NCBI GenBank assembly: GCA_030390025.1 | Contig: CM059434.1 | Span: forward strand, 111,042,001-111,106,000 | DNA from: Squalus acanthias | Taxonomy: Eukaryota | DNA: 64,000 bases | Direction of reading: 5' to 3' | Shown here: piece after piece, positions 51,901-59,920 of the stretch | Layout: each line of letters opens with the position of its first letter | Numbering within the stretch: the first letter of the stretch is position 1 | The notes under the pieces: generated by a model | Told to the model about the DNA's origin: nothing | What the model saw: the letters and a program-made list of their open reading frames with translations, nothing else | Database searches by the model: none | Translations under genes and position numbers: made by a program

Positions 51901-54900
51901 ATCCCCATAACCCCACATATTTAATCCCCCCTAACACTAAGGGTCAATTTATCATAGCCAAATCAACCTAACCCGCACATTTTTGAACTGTGGGAGGAAA
52001 CCGGAGCACCCGGAGGAAACCCACGCAGACACGGGGAGAATGTGCAAACTCCACACAGACAGTCACCCGAGGTCAGATTCGAACCCGGGTCCCTGGCGCT
52101 GTGAGGCACCAGTGCTAACCACTATGCCACCGTATGTTGGCCTTCGTAGCGAAAGGGTTCGAGTACAGGAACAAGGATGTCTTGCTGCAGTTGTACAGGG
52201 CCTTGGTGAGACCACATCTTGAGTATTGTGTGCAGTTTTGGTCGCCTTATCTGAGGAAGGATGTTCTTGCCATGGAGGGAGTGCAGCGAAGATTCACCAG
52301 GCTGATACCCGGCATGGCAGGAATGGCGTATGAGGAGAGATTGGGTCGATTGGGCTTATACTCACTGGAGTTTAGAAGAATGAGAGGGGATCTCATTGAA
52401 ACTTATAAAATTCTAACAGGACTAGACAGACTAGATGCAGGAAGGATGTTCCTGATGGCCGGGGAGTCCAGAACCAGGGGTCACAGTCTAAGGATAAGGG
52501 GTAAGCCATTTAGGACTGAGATGAGGAGGAATTTCTTCACCCAGAGAGTGGTGAACCTGTGGAATTCTCTACCACAGAAGGCAGTAGAGGCCAATTCATT
52601 AAATATATTCAAGAAGGAGTTAGATATATTTCTTAAAACTAAAGGGATCAAGGGATATGGGGAGAAAGCAGGGACAGGGTACAGAATTTGGAGGATCAGC
52701 CATGATCTCATTGAATGGCGGAGCAGGCTCGAGGGGCTGAATGGCCTGCTCCTGCTCCTATCTTCTATGTTTCTATGTCATGCATAACCTGACTCTTTCA
52801 AAGAAAAACTTTCGATTTCTATCAGTCTATTGATATATTTTGCACCAGTTTATATCACTTGTTTTGTATTTATTATTTATTATTACTCCCCTTTCTTGTT
52901 CGGTCATCTCCCTTTTTGATTTCCAGTTGAGGGGCCAACATCCAACCCTCTCCCCAGCCCAGCCCACCCCACCCCACAAGTGCATGGACAACCTTAACTA
53001 TGCCAATGTATTCTCCCATATGGGCTGAATCCACATCCTTTTGCCCCCAGCACACTCACACAACATGCATTGTGGGAAACACTCCATTAATTTTTACAGG
53101 CCTAAAATTGGTTTGTGCGGCCACTCTGAACTCTGTGCTGGAACTGCGGGGACATGGGACTGGTCTCATGTGACTGGTCTCGTAAGCAGTATATTAACCT
53201 TCAAAAATATATTTATGTATTCCCTTAAAAAAATGATTTAAAGAAGAGAGAAAATACATTTTGATCTCGGTTTTGTTCTCTTTGACGAGCAACATTTTTC
53301 AGTCTTTGAGTCATCCTACACTGAAATGCAATCATTTAAAGATACAAACACTATTACCAGAGATAATAATGGAATGTTAGTTAGATCCTTACCCACTATA
53401 GTTTTCGGAAGAATAGACGGAGCTGTGGGGGTGGTGCGGGCCTGTGCACAGATCAGGCAGACACTCCATGTGCAGCAGGGACCAGGATCTGCCATGATTA
53501 GTTGAAAACTCCAAACTTATGCTGATGTCACAGAAACATTAAAAAAGAATCATAGTTATCATTACTTTCCTTCACAAAGAATGATCTAGTAGAGGTGAGT
53601 GTGGCTAAGAGAGTTTTGAATTCAGGCTATAAAATCTGTAGGGTCTTATAAGGCCTCAGGGGAACTAACAGAGCTGACGCGAGTTCTACAGAGGCCTTCT
53701 TAAAAGCCCCAAAGCTTAAGAAGGGAAAGGCAATTGATCCTGAAGGGATGAGTTCTTTTTCTGAAGAGGCAGAATGGCCAAAGACTTCTTTTTCATCTAA
53801 CCCAATAGGTCTTGAGGGACCTCAGGGAAGCAGCTGTGGGTTGCTCTGCCTTACAAAGGCATAATGGGGCGGGGACCCTTACATACGCAGGCAGCCTGCC
53901 CCGACCATGCAAATGACTCTGTGCCTGCAAACAGGGTCCCCGGCTTTGGGCTAGGGTGGATGGAGGTTCTTGATTAAAAAAAAAAGTTTGTTACTTCAGT
54001 TGTGTACAATTTCTTAATGGAAAATAGCTCAAGAATGATTAGGTAATCTCAATCCAGTGATCAAAGAATTAAACCAAGCAACCTTTCTGGCCTGCAGAGC
54101 TCGCTGTCACAACTGGCAGCACGTTTACCAACTGAGCCGTCAGGTGAGCTATGTACCATTTTAGAAGTTGTTAAGCAAATTGTCCAAGATGAGGAAACTT
54201 CACCAGGTGATTGATATGCTGCTACCTGTTGCCTGGTTGATGAGATCCGCAGCCCATATTGATGGAAAACTCTGCTAAGTGAGAAGGTGACGGTGGCATC
54301 ACAGGTAGAATGTGGAAGAAGTCCACAGCCCACACATTCCTGTTCAGTCCTTGGTGACTCTTCTGTTTCAAGCAGAACCTCGTGGCTGATGTCTGCAGTT
54401 CTGGAGTGATAGCAACAGAAACCAGGGCTGCTTTCTGCAAACAGGAACAAACAGGTTAAACTGCAGTCCTCATTTTTACTCCTTTAATTTCATCCCATAA
54501 GTGTGCAGTGAGCATCGTAATGGTTCGAAATACACTGAAATCAGCCTAGAATCGTCACGTCTCAGATATTTAGATATAACATGTTATTAAAAAGATTGAT
54601 GACTAATGAGGATCTTGGCCCATCACTACTGAAACAAAGTAAATTCCACACCTTACTCCCCTCCTGAGCTCAAAGAGGCTCTTGGAAACAAGCACTTTAG
54701 GAGAAATGGGGCAAAGTGGAGAAATATAATTGATAAATTGTACCCTTTGACTGAATAATTCTGTAATGTGACTTTAGGCAAGAGGACGGGAAATTGTTTT
54801 TCGTTACACTGATTCACTGAAGGGGACTCCCAAGTCTTCAATATGTGACTTTATATGAATGGAATTTAGTGCTACTGCCTCTAAATCATATTAGAGGAGG

Positions 54901-57900
54901 AGGAACCCTTTAGAATATGATGTCACTGTCACTGTCCATCTGGGTAATGCAGCAGTTGCCTCTGTGACTGATTTACAGCAATCATAATTAAGGGCCACAG
55001 TTACACAAACATTGACTACATTTTTGTGGTTTACTCCCTTCACTCGACCTAGGTAACTATTCAAATACTGTCAAATTATAATAAAAGATATATGCACATA
55101 TACATTTAATTGTTATTACCACAAATTAATGAGGATTTCCAAAGTAATTATTCTTATCAGGTCACATGTTATCAAATGTTTGAATCTTATTTTTTTAAGA
55201 GCATGATATCCTCTAACTTTTCCCTCCCTTTCTGATCTCCCCGGGCACACCCCTCCTGCGGCAGAGGGGCCAGTCTGCCGCCTGCACCCAGACTCCTCCC
55301 AATGTCGTTCTTACGTGGGTGACAACAACAACAACTTGTATTTATACAGCGCCTTTAACGTAGTAAAACGTCCCAAGGCGCTTCACAGGAGCGTTTTAAA
55401 ACAAAATTTGACACCCAGCCATATAAGGAGATATTAGGGCAAATTGGTCAAAGAGGTAGGTTTTAAGGAGCGTCTTAAAGGAGGAAAGAGAGGTAGAGAG
55501 GCGGAGAGGTTTAGGGAGGGAATTCCAGAGTGCAGACCCTTGGCAGCTGAAGGCACGGCCACCAATGGTGCAACGATTAAAATCAGGGATGCTCAAGAGG
55601 CCAGAATTATAGACACGCAGAGATCTTGGAGGGTTGTGGGGCTGGAGGAAGTTACAGAGATAGGGAGGGGCGAGGCCATGGAGCAATTTGAAAACAAGGA
55701 TGAGAATTTTAAAACCGAGGCAAGGGATAGTGATAGCGGGCAACTCTCTTCGATTTTCCACCTTAAATCGGGAAGCTGACTGGCTTCCAAGTGCCACACT
55801 ACTGTGAAGATGGGGCAGTGATTGGAACCATGGCAGAAGCTGGAGAGTAAACCTGTACCCCACCACTATGTCACGCTACCCTTCCTGATCTTACTTTCAT
55901 TGAATGAGTGGGGGAAAAAAACCTGTTAAAATGAGAGGTTTGCATCATGGTTTGATGTGATGGGATTTAATTATCCATGTATACTCAAATGAACAGTGTG
56001 TCTCCAGAATAACAATTTGAAATCACTGGGTAATTAATGTTAGCCATTATAATTAGATGCAGCAATTCTACTTACCCTATAGGATGTAAAAGGCAGCACA
56101 TCCAAAACTTGCTCTTTTCTACCCTCAACCAGGGCATAGAGCGTGACATCGTTTTCATGTGAATCCCCTGGATTACATGAACCACCCCCTGATAGAACAA
56201 GATAGAATATTATTTCCTGTGTAAACTATCTGATCACGCAACATCTGTGCGTACAAAACGCAATATAAACTAGCCAATATTTAATTACATTTTTCATTGG
56301 AATTCTTTATTTGCCGTGGTTCATAGATACAATATTGCTCCATCAATGTGGCATTATAAGCCGATATAGTTTCAAAGAAAATAGGCTAACATTAAGGTCT
56401 TATAATGCAAGGCTGCTGGATGTCTGTCTCCACACGGAACAGGTTGGAACTGGAAGTTAAATCAAAGCCAAATCTTGCTGTACTGATGCAATTCTAAAAG
56501 GGAGGTAATAGGACTTGGCCTCAAAAATCCGTGGCCATTCCTGTGTGCTCCTAATGGAGAGAGGAGAAATTTTCAGAAAAATAGGAGGAATAAAAAAAAT
56601 TGATCATCATTTTGTAGCTGTTTTATAAGTTTAGGGTCTTGCCGTAGATATTCTTTCTGGTAAAACCGTGCTATTCATTCCCAAAAGTGGTCTAACCATC
56701 TTACATTTAGGGGTGTGCGTGTACTGCCCAATATCCAATTATACAATGGTGTAACCCAGGGGCGCGACAGTATATTTCTCATCGCTTTAGGCTATTTTAT
56801 TTACGTGCGATCTGAACTGGATATCCATGTTTTTTGCACGTGCGCTTCTTCGATCTTTTCAAAGGTGACCAAGAAAACACTTTTTAGACGAGGCCAGATG
56901 CGAACAGTTTAAGCTATTTGATTTCGCAGCAAGTGAACATGGAGAGCAAACAACTATATTCCCTCTCCGCTCTGTTTCCTGTCTTTTCCATTCACTCACC
57001 CATGCTAAAGTAAAATCTGAGGTTTCCATCGTTAGTTGTGTCTAGAAACGGGGTGCAAGTACGCCGCTCTCCATCTTTGAGGAACACAAGTGATGAGCCT
57101 GACTCCACTGCACCGCACTCTGTGCCAATGATAGCGCCTGATGTTTCCCAGCTGTAGACAGAAAGAATGTGATAAACGAACAGCACAGCCTGGTTCTGCT
57201 TCACACTTTAATTACAGTCACGATAGCACTTAAATCCCACTTTACTTTATAAACATTAGCGGCAAACACACTATTGTTTTAAGAACTGAAAATTGCAGAA
57301 GCTCAGCTTTGAATAAAACTGTCCCTGTACAGTCTGATTGGCTTGATAAAAATAATTACCAGGAATGCTATTGTAAACACATTTTTATTAACCTCAGGAC
57401 AAGATATGAAATGTTAATCTGGGGTTTAAAGGATACAACTTGTGGAATGTGACTTTGTTCACAGTCACTTGAGTGAGCAAAGGAAATCTTTCTACAGAAG
57501 ATGTTTACTGCAAAGTGACATTGACCATTTTCAGAAACAGATACCTGTATTAACAAGAGATTTAAAATGCTATACCAGGGTAAAAAGGGATTGGGTTGAT
57601 GGTTCCCACTGTGAAACAAAGCACTAATTGGAAATCTGGTGACTCCAGACTAAAAACAGGGACATGTCTAGCTGCACAGATTACCACAGGTCACTAGTTT
57701 AAAACAGCAAGATTTGCTTTTCACAGACCTATTTAAAACCCTGGTGTCAGTGGAATCCCGGACTCCTGGCCCAGAGTCACAGCTCGTATACCAATCCCAG
57801 ACTGAACTGTGATATTTATTGGCATTTCTAGCGAGGGCAGGGTAGGGAAAGATGGAGATAAAAAGAAAAACCTCAGGTCAGACACCTGAAACAAAAACAG

Positions 57901-59886
57901 AAAATCCTAGAAATGCACCACAGGTTCGTTAGTGTCTGAAAGAGAAAGACAGAGACAGACTCATGTTTCGGATGGAACCATTAATCAGTTATAGCTGTAA
58001 AGAAACAAAGAGATGGCATTTATATAGTACCTTTCAGGTCCTAGAATTAAAAAAATTCTAATTCTGATAAAACAAATTCATTTTGGATTAATTAAAAATC
58101 CATGACCCATTTGTCCAAACTGTTGCATTGTTTTAAAATCTACAGGAATCCACTCAATCTTATGAGATGCTACTAGATTCAGACAGTATTTATGTGCATC
58201 TAGTGAAGATAAATGCAAGTAATTGTGAAGAAAATCTACAACAAGGATGCTCACTAACTCTTTGTTGAGGGAATAATCCTAATCTCTCGTTATATCCCGG
58301 TCCCAACAACAACAACAACAATGTGCATTTACATAACACCTTTAATGTAGTAAATATCCTGAGGCACTTTAAAAGGCAGAAGAAAGGAAGAGGGGAAGCA
58401 GTCAACAAGCAGTAATAGGAGAATTGCATAGACATTACAATACAGAAGCAGGCGGTTAGGCCAAACCAGTCTATGTTGGTGTTTATCCTCCAGTAGTACT
58501 CCTAATCCCACCTGCCCTCCCTGTTACCATGGCCCTTTACACACCTCTCCTTCAACTACCTATCTAACCTATTCTTGAATGCTGACATGGGTCTCTGTTG
58601 CAAGCACTAACTCCAGTAGTGCATTCCACAGCCTCACAACCCTCAGTGCCAGAAAAGCAAGAATCATCAGGGGAAGTGATTGAAAGCACAGTTGAAGAGA
58701 TAGATTTTGAGGAGGTTTTTAAAATTGGAAAGAGACATAGCAAGGGACAAAGTTCCAGAGGTCAAGGCTGAGACAGCTGAAGGCTACCATCGACTGGCGA
58801 GCGGAAGGAGAAGGGGATGCACAGTGGGCTATAGTCAGAAGGCCAGAACGTGCAAGCTGCGACATAGAGCTCGAAGATTTTGCAGGGTAGGGTGAGGCAA
58901 GAATATGGACAGAATTGCAAATGAGGATGATCAACATATTACAGATGGTAATTGTGGATGAAATGCCAGAGAATCATGGCTCAGCTTTGTCAGTTGAGCT
59001 ACACAGGTAGATGCCACTGCACCACTGGTCAGACCTCTCTGAGCATGGGGCATTTGTAGATATGTTTAGTTCTTTGCAGCGGAAGGAAGCAGTAAGTAAC
59101 AATAATGGAACGATCCCCTCAAATCACTATTTGCAGTAAAACCATAAGTCCATTCTTTATTCGTGCATGTTACAATATTGCTACAAATAGCAAAGAGAAC
59201 AACTTTTTCCCTTTGTCACACAAGAACATTTCACTGTTATTCAGATTAAAATAGCTGAAATCTTAAACATTATGAAGCCACAAAGGGTTAACTGAAGATT
59301 AAACTCTCCAAGGAGGGTGTTGCATGCTTATCCTGGTGCTGTCAATTGAACGAGGATAGGCAGTGAGGATAGGTTCAGGGAATTGAATTCCCGGTGCTGT
59401 CAAGTGCTTTTGCTATAAGCAAGTGTACAGAAAGCCTTTTAGAGAACCTCTGTAGCAGTGAACTGAGAGAAGATGATTTACTTTTCTAGTGCGACGAAGT
59501 AAATAGCTATGTTTGTTTCCCTTGGAAGTGACAATTGCAATAAAGAGTTAAAATATTATTTCCAGTGCATCCTTTACATCCTCCTACAAATACTTCATTC
59601 TTTCTCTCAGCAAATTTCTTTGACTAGCAGCTGCAGTTTAAATATGTATGTGTGGGGCTAATGCAACCCTCCTTTGAATCTCACTTATCCCCAAGATAAC
59701 TGTACACATATTCAGAATACCAGAGATAACAAGCACTTACCCTGCAGGCTGACTTTCAAACTCTTCCACCCACTGTGTTACAATGCCTTCAGTCCAAAGA
59801 TCAACGTCCCTGGTTGTTACAAAGTTAAAATCAGTGCCCTCGGTCCCATGGAAATACATGGAGTTACCATCAGATTGACAGCTATG
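724..59886 (-). CDS. RELN: Reelin, partial multi-exon CDS (17 exons, equivalent to human exons 11-27; gene continues beyond both window ends)
   Basis: Spliced exons total 2763 nt = 921 codons with no stop. Translation shows reelin hallmarks: Asp-box/BNR motifs ([32 protein letters not shown]), FRWxQ...WAID motifs and EGF-like modules. All introns are GT-AG with matching phases. Confidence 0.98.
1837..2573 (-). mobile_element. CR1-clade LINE, 5'-truncated 3' end (ORF2 C-terminus plus tail)
   Basis: ORF 1921-2571 has RDLGVLV...[12 protein letters not shown]...TRGHSL...VVNLWNSLP, near-identical to 52134-52700; tail ...GAATGGCCTACTCCTGCTCC...CTATG. Confidence 0.95.
2960..3130 (-). mobile_element. 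Degraded 3' part of an LF-SINE-like element
   Basis: Reverse complement shares GATGCAnTAG, TTTACTnTCCATCT and CCAAAAnTGGnAAAnTGTnCCATTCC blocks with 20510-20650. Confidence 0.45.
3720..4346 (-). mobile_element. Penelope-like retroelement 3' fragment (GIY-YIG endonuclease C-terminus plus pseudo-LTR with hammerhead motif)
   Basis: 14-bp TSD ACAAGTATGTTACT at 3706-3719 and 4347-4360. Minus strand reads RFVERLRSV...[45 protein letters not shown] with one frameshift, resembling a PLE endonuclease end. Confidence 0.85.
3819..3855 (-). ncRNA. Minimal type I hammerhead ribozyme motif
   Basis: AGUU-CUGACGA-A-GGGUC(AUC)GACCU-GAAAC-GUU-AACU: intact core boxes, 5-bp stem II, 4-bp stem I, palindromic ACGU in place of stem III. 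Confidence 0.7.
5655..6037 (+). mobile_element. Deu-domain SINE (SacSINE1/AmnSINE1-like), 5'-truncated
   Basis: GGATGAGACGTTAAACCG...GTAAAAGATCCCATGGCACTA...GGTGTCCTGGCCAATATT core; matches the reverse complement of 62576-63026. Confidence 0.85.
6996..7890. mobile_element. GC-rich MITE, PIF/Harbinger-like
   Basis: Perfect 14-bp TIR GGGGGAAAAATTCA (6996-7009 / 7877-7890), CTT on both flanks (3-bp TSD), many GCGCC subterminal motifs, no coding remnant; internal (GA)n near 7366-7386. Confidence 0.75.
11556..11727 (-). CDS. RELN: Reelin exon (exon 26 equivalent), 172 nt
   Basis: [57 protein letters not shown]; acceptor CAACAG, donor GTAACA. Confidence 0.97.
12395..12600 (-). CDS. RELN: Reelin exon (exon 25 equivalent), 206 nt
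   Basis: [68 protein letters not shown](R); acceptor GTCCAG, donor GTACGA. Confidence 0.97.
12780..13200 (-). mobile_element. Old tRNA-headed SINE, family not identified
   Basis: Similar by eye to 15296-15666 (+), 35395-35590 (+) and 47690-48055 (-); degraded A/B-box head. Boundaries approximate. Confidence 0.5.
13295..13498. mobile_element. Penelope-like pseudo-LTR insertion arranged as an inverted repeat
   Basis: 15-bp TSD TTTTCTTTCAACTGA at 13280-13294 and 13499-13513; arm about 13291-13370 is the reverse complement of about 13391-13470; same sequence as 3720-3855. Confidence 0.85.
13553..13739 (-). CDS. RELN: Reelin exon (exon 24 equivalent), 187 nt
   Basis: Read by hand: [62 protein letters not shown]; acceptor TTAAAG, donor GTATGA. 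Confidence 0.95.
13999..14736. mobile_element. GC-rich MITE, PIF/Harbinger-like
   Basis: Imperfect TIRs GGGGGGAGTTTTC / GGGCTGAATTTTC, ATA on both flanks (3-bp TSD), internal CCCGGGGTCGGGGAT-type tandem units. Confidence 0.7.
14803..14934 (+). mobile_element. CR1 LINE extreme 3' tail
   Basis: GGTATCGAGGGATATGG...ATTGAATGGTGGAACAGGCTCGAG...GAATGGTCTACTCCTGTTCCTATGT. Confidence 0.75.
14987..15124 (-). CDS. RELN: Reelin exon (exon 23 equivalent), 138 nt
   Basis: [45 protein letters not shown](K); acceptor ATTCAG, donor GTATGT. Confidence 0.97.
15296..15666 (+). mobile_element. Old tRNA-headed SINE, family not identified
   Basis: Starts TAGCTCAGTTGGTAA (A-box-like) followed by a degraded B-box; body related to three other copies in the window. 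Confidence 0.55.
17033..17145 (-). CDS. RELN: Reelin exon (exon 22 equivalent), 113 nt
   Basis: Read by hand: [37 protein letters not shown](W); acceptor CTGCAG, donor GTAAGA. Confidence 0.96.
17770..18119 (+). mobile_element. CR1 LINE 3' end
   Basis: [22 protein letters not shown]...[16 protein letters not shown]; ends TTCTTATGTTCTTATGT. Confidence 0.93.
18196..18857. mobile_element. GC-rich MITE related to 29102-29737 and 6996-7890 (left terminus missing or unclear)
   Basis: Collinear similarity with 29190-29737; right subterminal region is the reverse complement of the left end of the 6996 element. Confidence 0.75.
19969..20161 (-). CDS. RELN: Reelin exon (exon 21 equivalent), 193 nt
   Basis: [64 protein letters not shown]; acceptor CTACAG after a T-run, donor GTAAAT. 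Confidence 0.97.
20252..20655 (+). mobile_element. LF-SINE-like element
   Basis: Ordered blocks GCCTTTCACCTCT, TTCAAATCCA, AAAGTC, CCTGTGTGAAATGA, ACTAATTGGCA, AGAGAGGCCA, GGGTGAAGTACATTG match my recollection of the LF-SINE consensus. Confidence 0.65.
24340..24625 (+). mobile_element. CR1 LINE 3' end, second subfamily
   Basis: [14 protein letters not shown]...FKRELDKYL; ends in ATTCTATGATTCTAT, the CR1-type octamer tail. Confidence 0.85.
24860..25480. mobile_element. GC-rich MITE-like element, termini unresolved
   Basis: CpG-rich block in an AT-rich intron, subterminal inverted pair GAAATTGGTCC...GGACCAATTTC, shares motifs with the 13999 element. Confidence 0.45.
27340..29085 (+). mobile_element. 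Old L2 LINE remnant interrupted by a younger opposite-strand L2
   Basis: Degraded RT motifs: [25 protein letters not shown] (about 28600-28635), FNISQT. Confidence 0.6.
27657..28300 (-). mobile_element. L2 LINE 3' end
   Basis: [13 protein letters not shown]...[20 protein letters not shown]...[14 protein letters not shown]...FKILILVYK; (TTG)n tail at about 27657-27674. Confidence 0.9.
29102..29737. mobile_element. GC-rich MITE, PIF/Harbinger-like
   Basis: TIRs GGGGGAAAAATT / GGGGATGAAATT, TAT on both flanks (29099-29101, 29738-29740). Confidence 0.78.
30132..30368 (-). CDS. RELN: Reelin exon (exon 20 equivalent), 237 nt
   Basis: [78 protein letters not shown](S); acceptor TCTTAG, donor GTAAGA. 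Confidence 0.97.
32360..33200 (+). mobile_element. Very old CR1 remnant split by a SINE
   Basis: Degraded W...W.MDL...CKVMHVG and AGAGTAGTGGATATGTGGAACAG (RVVDMWN) blocks on either side of the SINE. Confidence 0.45.
32778..33047 (-). mobile_element. Deu-domain SINE, 5' half
   Basis: Matches 62765-63026; tRNA-like head TGGCTCAGTGG...GGTTCAAGTCCC on the minus strand. Confidence 0.8.
33799..33818. repeat. (TA)n microsatellite
   Basis: About 10 TA units. Confidence 0.9.
34675..35158 (+). repeat. Diverged local direct duplication (about 160-bp unit, two copies)
   Basis: 34675-34836 vs 35002-35158 share GATTGCTAT.AGGTTTCTTT, TAATTTGCTGTACCA, GAAGATTGCCAAAGGATTA, CCTCAGTGTGACACT. Confidence 0.85.
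35395..35590 (+). mobile_element. Old tRNA-headed SINE, 5' part
   Basis: TGGCTCACTGG head, CCCGGGTTCCATTCCTGGTCTGAGCTGATCTCAGC; related to the 15296 copy. Confidence 0.5.
36613..36715 (-). mobile_element. CR1 LINE extreme 3' tail
   Basis: Reverse complement closely matches 38456-38571 with a short internal deletion. Confidence 0.85.
36717..37083 (+). mobile_element. Penelope-like 3' fragment / pseudo-LTR
   Basis: Reverse complement of about 3760-4150 (GAGTTCAACAATTTC...CTGAAACGTTAACTCTGTTTCTCTCTCCACAGAT). Confidence 0.85.
36987..37023 (+). ncRNA. Minimal type I hammerhead ribozyme motif (antisense to RELN)
   Basis: AGUU-CUGAUGA-A-AGGUC(ACC)GACCU-GAAAC-GUU-AACU. Confidence 0.7.
37700..37861 (-). 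CDS. RELN: Reelin exon (exon 19 equivalent), 162 nt
   Basis: [53 protein letters not shown](R); acceptor CTCCAG, donor GTAAGG. Confidence 0.97.
38138..38575 (+). mobile_element. CR1 LINE 3' end
   Basis: [23 protein letters not shown]...[16 protein letters not shown]; ends TTCTTATGTTCTTAT. Confidence 0.93.
38600..38910 (+). mobile_element. L2 LINE RT fragment
   Basis: TGGAGTCACCAAGGATCT (GVPQGS-like) and [25 protein letters not shown]. Confidence 0.7.
41644..41974. mobile_element. hAT (Charlie-like) MITE
   Basis: TIRs TAGGGGTGTTTAAC / TGGGGTGTCCAAAC and 8-bp TSD CTTTAAAG at 41636-41643 and 41975-41982. Confidence 0.75.
42668..42901 (-). CDS. RELN: Reelin exon (exon 18 equivalent), 234 nt
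   Basis: [77 protein letters not shown](R); acceptor TTTCAG, donor GTAAAT. Confidence 0.97.
43999..44318 (-). mobile_element. CR1 LINE internal fragment (ORF2 C-terminal region)
   Basis: [46 protein letters not shown]...[17 protein letters not shown]. Confidence 0.92.
44992..45250. mobile_element. Interspersed repeat fragment, class not assigned
   Basis: GGGAT..GCGTCGCTGGCAAG...GAGTCAACCACATTG...GGAGTCACAT...GGCCAGACCGGGTAAGGATGGCAG resembles a common shark repeat (from memory). Confidence 0.5.
45987..46810. mobile_element. GC-rich MITE, PIF/Harbinger-like
   Basis: Imperfect TIRs GGGGGCAATTTTGTCA / GGGCGCGATCTTGCCA, TAT on both flanks (45984-45986, 46811-46813); second copy at 1-305. Confidence 0.78.
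47266..47332 (-). CDS. RELN: Reelin exon (exon 17 equivalent), 67 nt, start of EGF-like module
   Basis: Read by hand: (V)[21 protein letters not shown](K); acceptor CTGCAG, donor GTAAGA. Confidence 0.95.
47690..48055 (-). mobile_element. Old tRNA-headed SINE, family not identified
   Basis: Minus strand starts TCCCAGTGGCTCACGGGGTAAATG; body related to the 15296 and 12780 copies. Confidence 0.5.
48366..48475 (-). CDS. RELN: Reelin exon (exon 16 equivalent), 110 nt
   Basis: Read by hand: [36 protein letters not shown]; acceptor GTTCAG, donor GTTAGT. Confidence 0.95.
49404..52700 (+). pseudogene. Disrupted LINE ORF2 (track ORFs 49404-50126, 50166-51725 and 52134-52787 are pieces of one ORF)
   Basis: First two pieces are in the same frame, separated by one stop; removing the SINE restores KKANG-MLAF. 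Confidence 0.9.
51716..52131 (-). mobile_element. Full-length tRNA-derived V-SINE (HE1-like) nested in the CR1
   Basis: A-box TGGCATAGTGG, B-box GGTTCGAATC, V-domain GGTTTCCTCCGGGTGCTCCGGTTTCCTCCCACA, CR1-derived tail, GTAT duplicated at 51712-51715 and 52132-52135. Confidence 0.9.
53393..53521 (-). CDS. RELN: Reelin exon (exon 15 equivalent), 129 nt
   Basis: Read by hand: [42 protein letters not shown](G); acceptor CATCAG, donor GTAAGG. Confidence 0.96.
54226..54434 (-). CDS. RELN: Reelin exon (exon 14 equivalent), 209 nt
   Basis: [69 protein letters not shown](S); acceptor TTGCAG, donor GTAGCA. Confidence 0.95.
55322..55721 (-). mobile_element. L2 LINE 3' end
   Basis: [23 protein letters not shown]...GGRAFS...LWNSLP...[10 protein letters not shown]; (TTG)n tail; same family as 27657-28300. 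Confidence 0.9.
56076..56188 (-). CDS. RELN: Reelin exon (exon 13 equivalent), 113 nt
   Basis: Read by hand, not in the ORF track: [37 protein letters not shown]; acceptor TATCAG, donor GTAAGT. Confidence 0.93.
57000..57151 (-). CDS. RELN: Reelin exon (exon 12 equivalent), 152 nt
   Basis: [50 protein letters not shown](G); acceptor CTACAG, donor GTGAGT. Confidence 0.96.
58305..58935 (-). mobile_element. Old L2 3' end with a nested old CR1 tail (about 58430-58650)
   Basis: (CAA)n then GCATTTACATAACACCTTTAATGTAG as in the other L2 ends; GCATTCCACAGCCTCACAACCCTC is the reverse of RVVRLWNA. Confidence 0.55.
59741..59886 (-). CDS. RELN: Reelin exon (human exon 11 equivalent), 146 nt
   Basis: [48 protein letters not shown](G); acceptor CCACAG, donor GTAAGT. 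Confidence 0.96.
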
Positions 59887-59891
59887 CTGTG

Positions 59892-59920
59892 GAGAGAGAG
59901 AGAGAGAGAGATAGATAGAG
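59892..59920 (-). repeat. (CT)n microsatellite forming the polypyrimidine tract of the exon 11 acceptor
   Basis: About 10 GA units plus GATA units on the + strand, ending 5 nt from the exon start. Confidence 0.9.

Larger units (their letters stand above)
49213..52778 (+). mobile_element. CR1-clade LINE (HER1-like): end of ORF1, complete but disabled ORF2 (APE endonuclease + reverse transcriptase), 3' tail
   Basis: ORF1 end ...[10 protein letters not shown]; endonuclease motifs LNARS, GITETWL, GGGVA, VYRPP, MGDFN, LDWV, SDH; RT motifs [35 protein letters not shown]; in-frame TAG at 50124-50126; SINE insertion at 51716-52131; tail TTCTATGTTTCTATGT. Confidence 0.96.

Noticed and set aside
52070-52131. 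tRNA gene (also at about 62960-63026 and 32980-33047)
   Set aside because: A and B boxes are present but run straight into SINE bodies; I could not fold a full cloverleaf.
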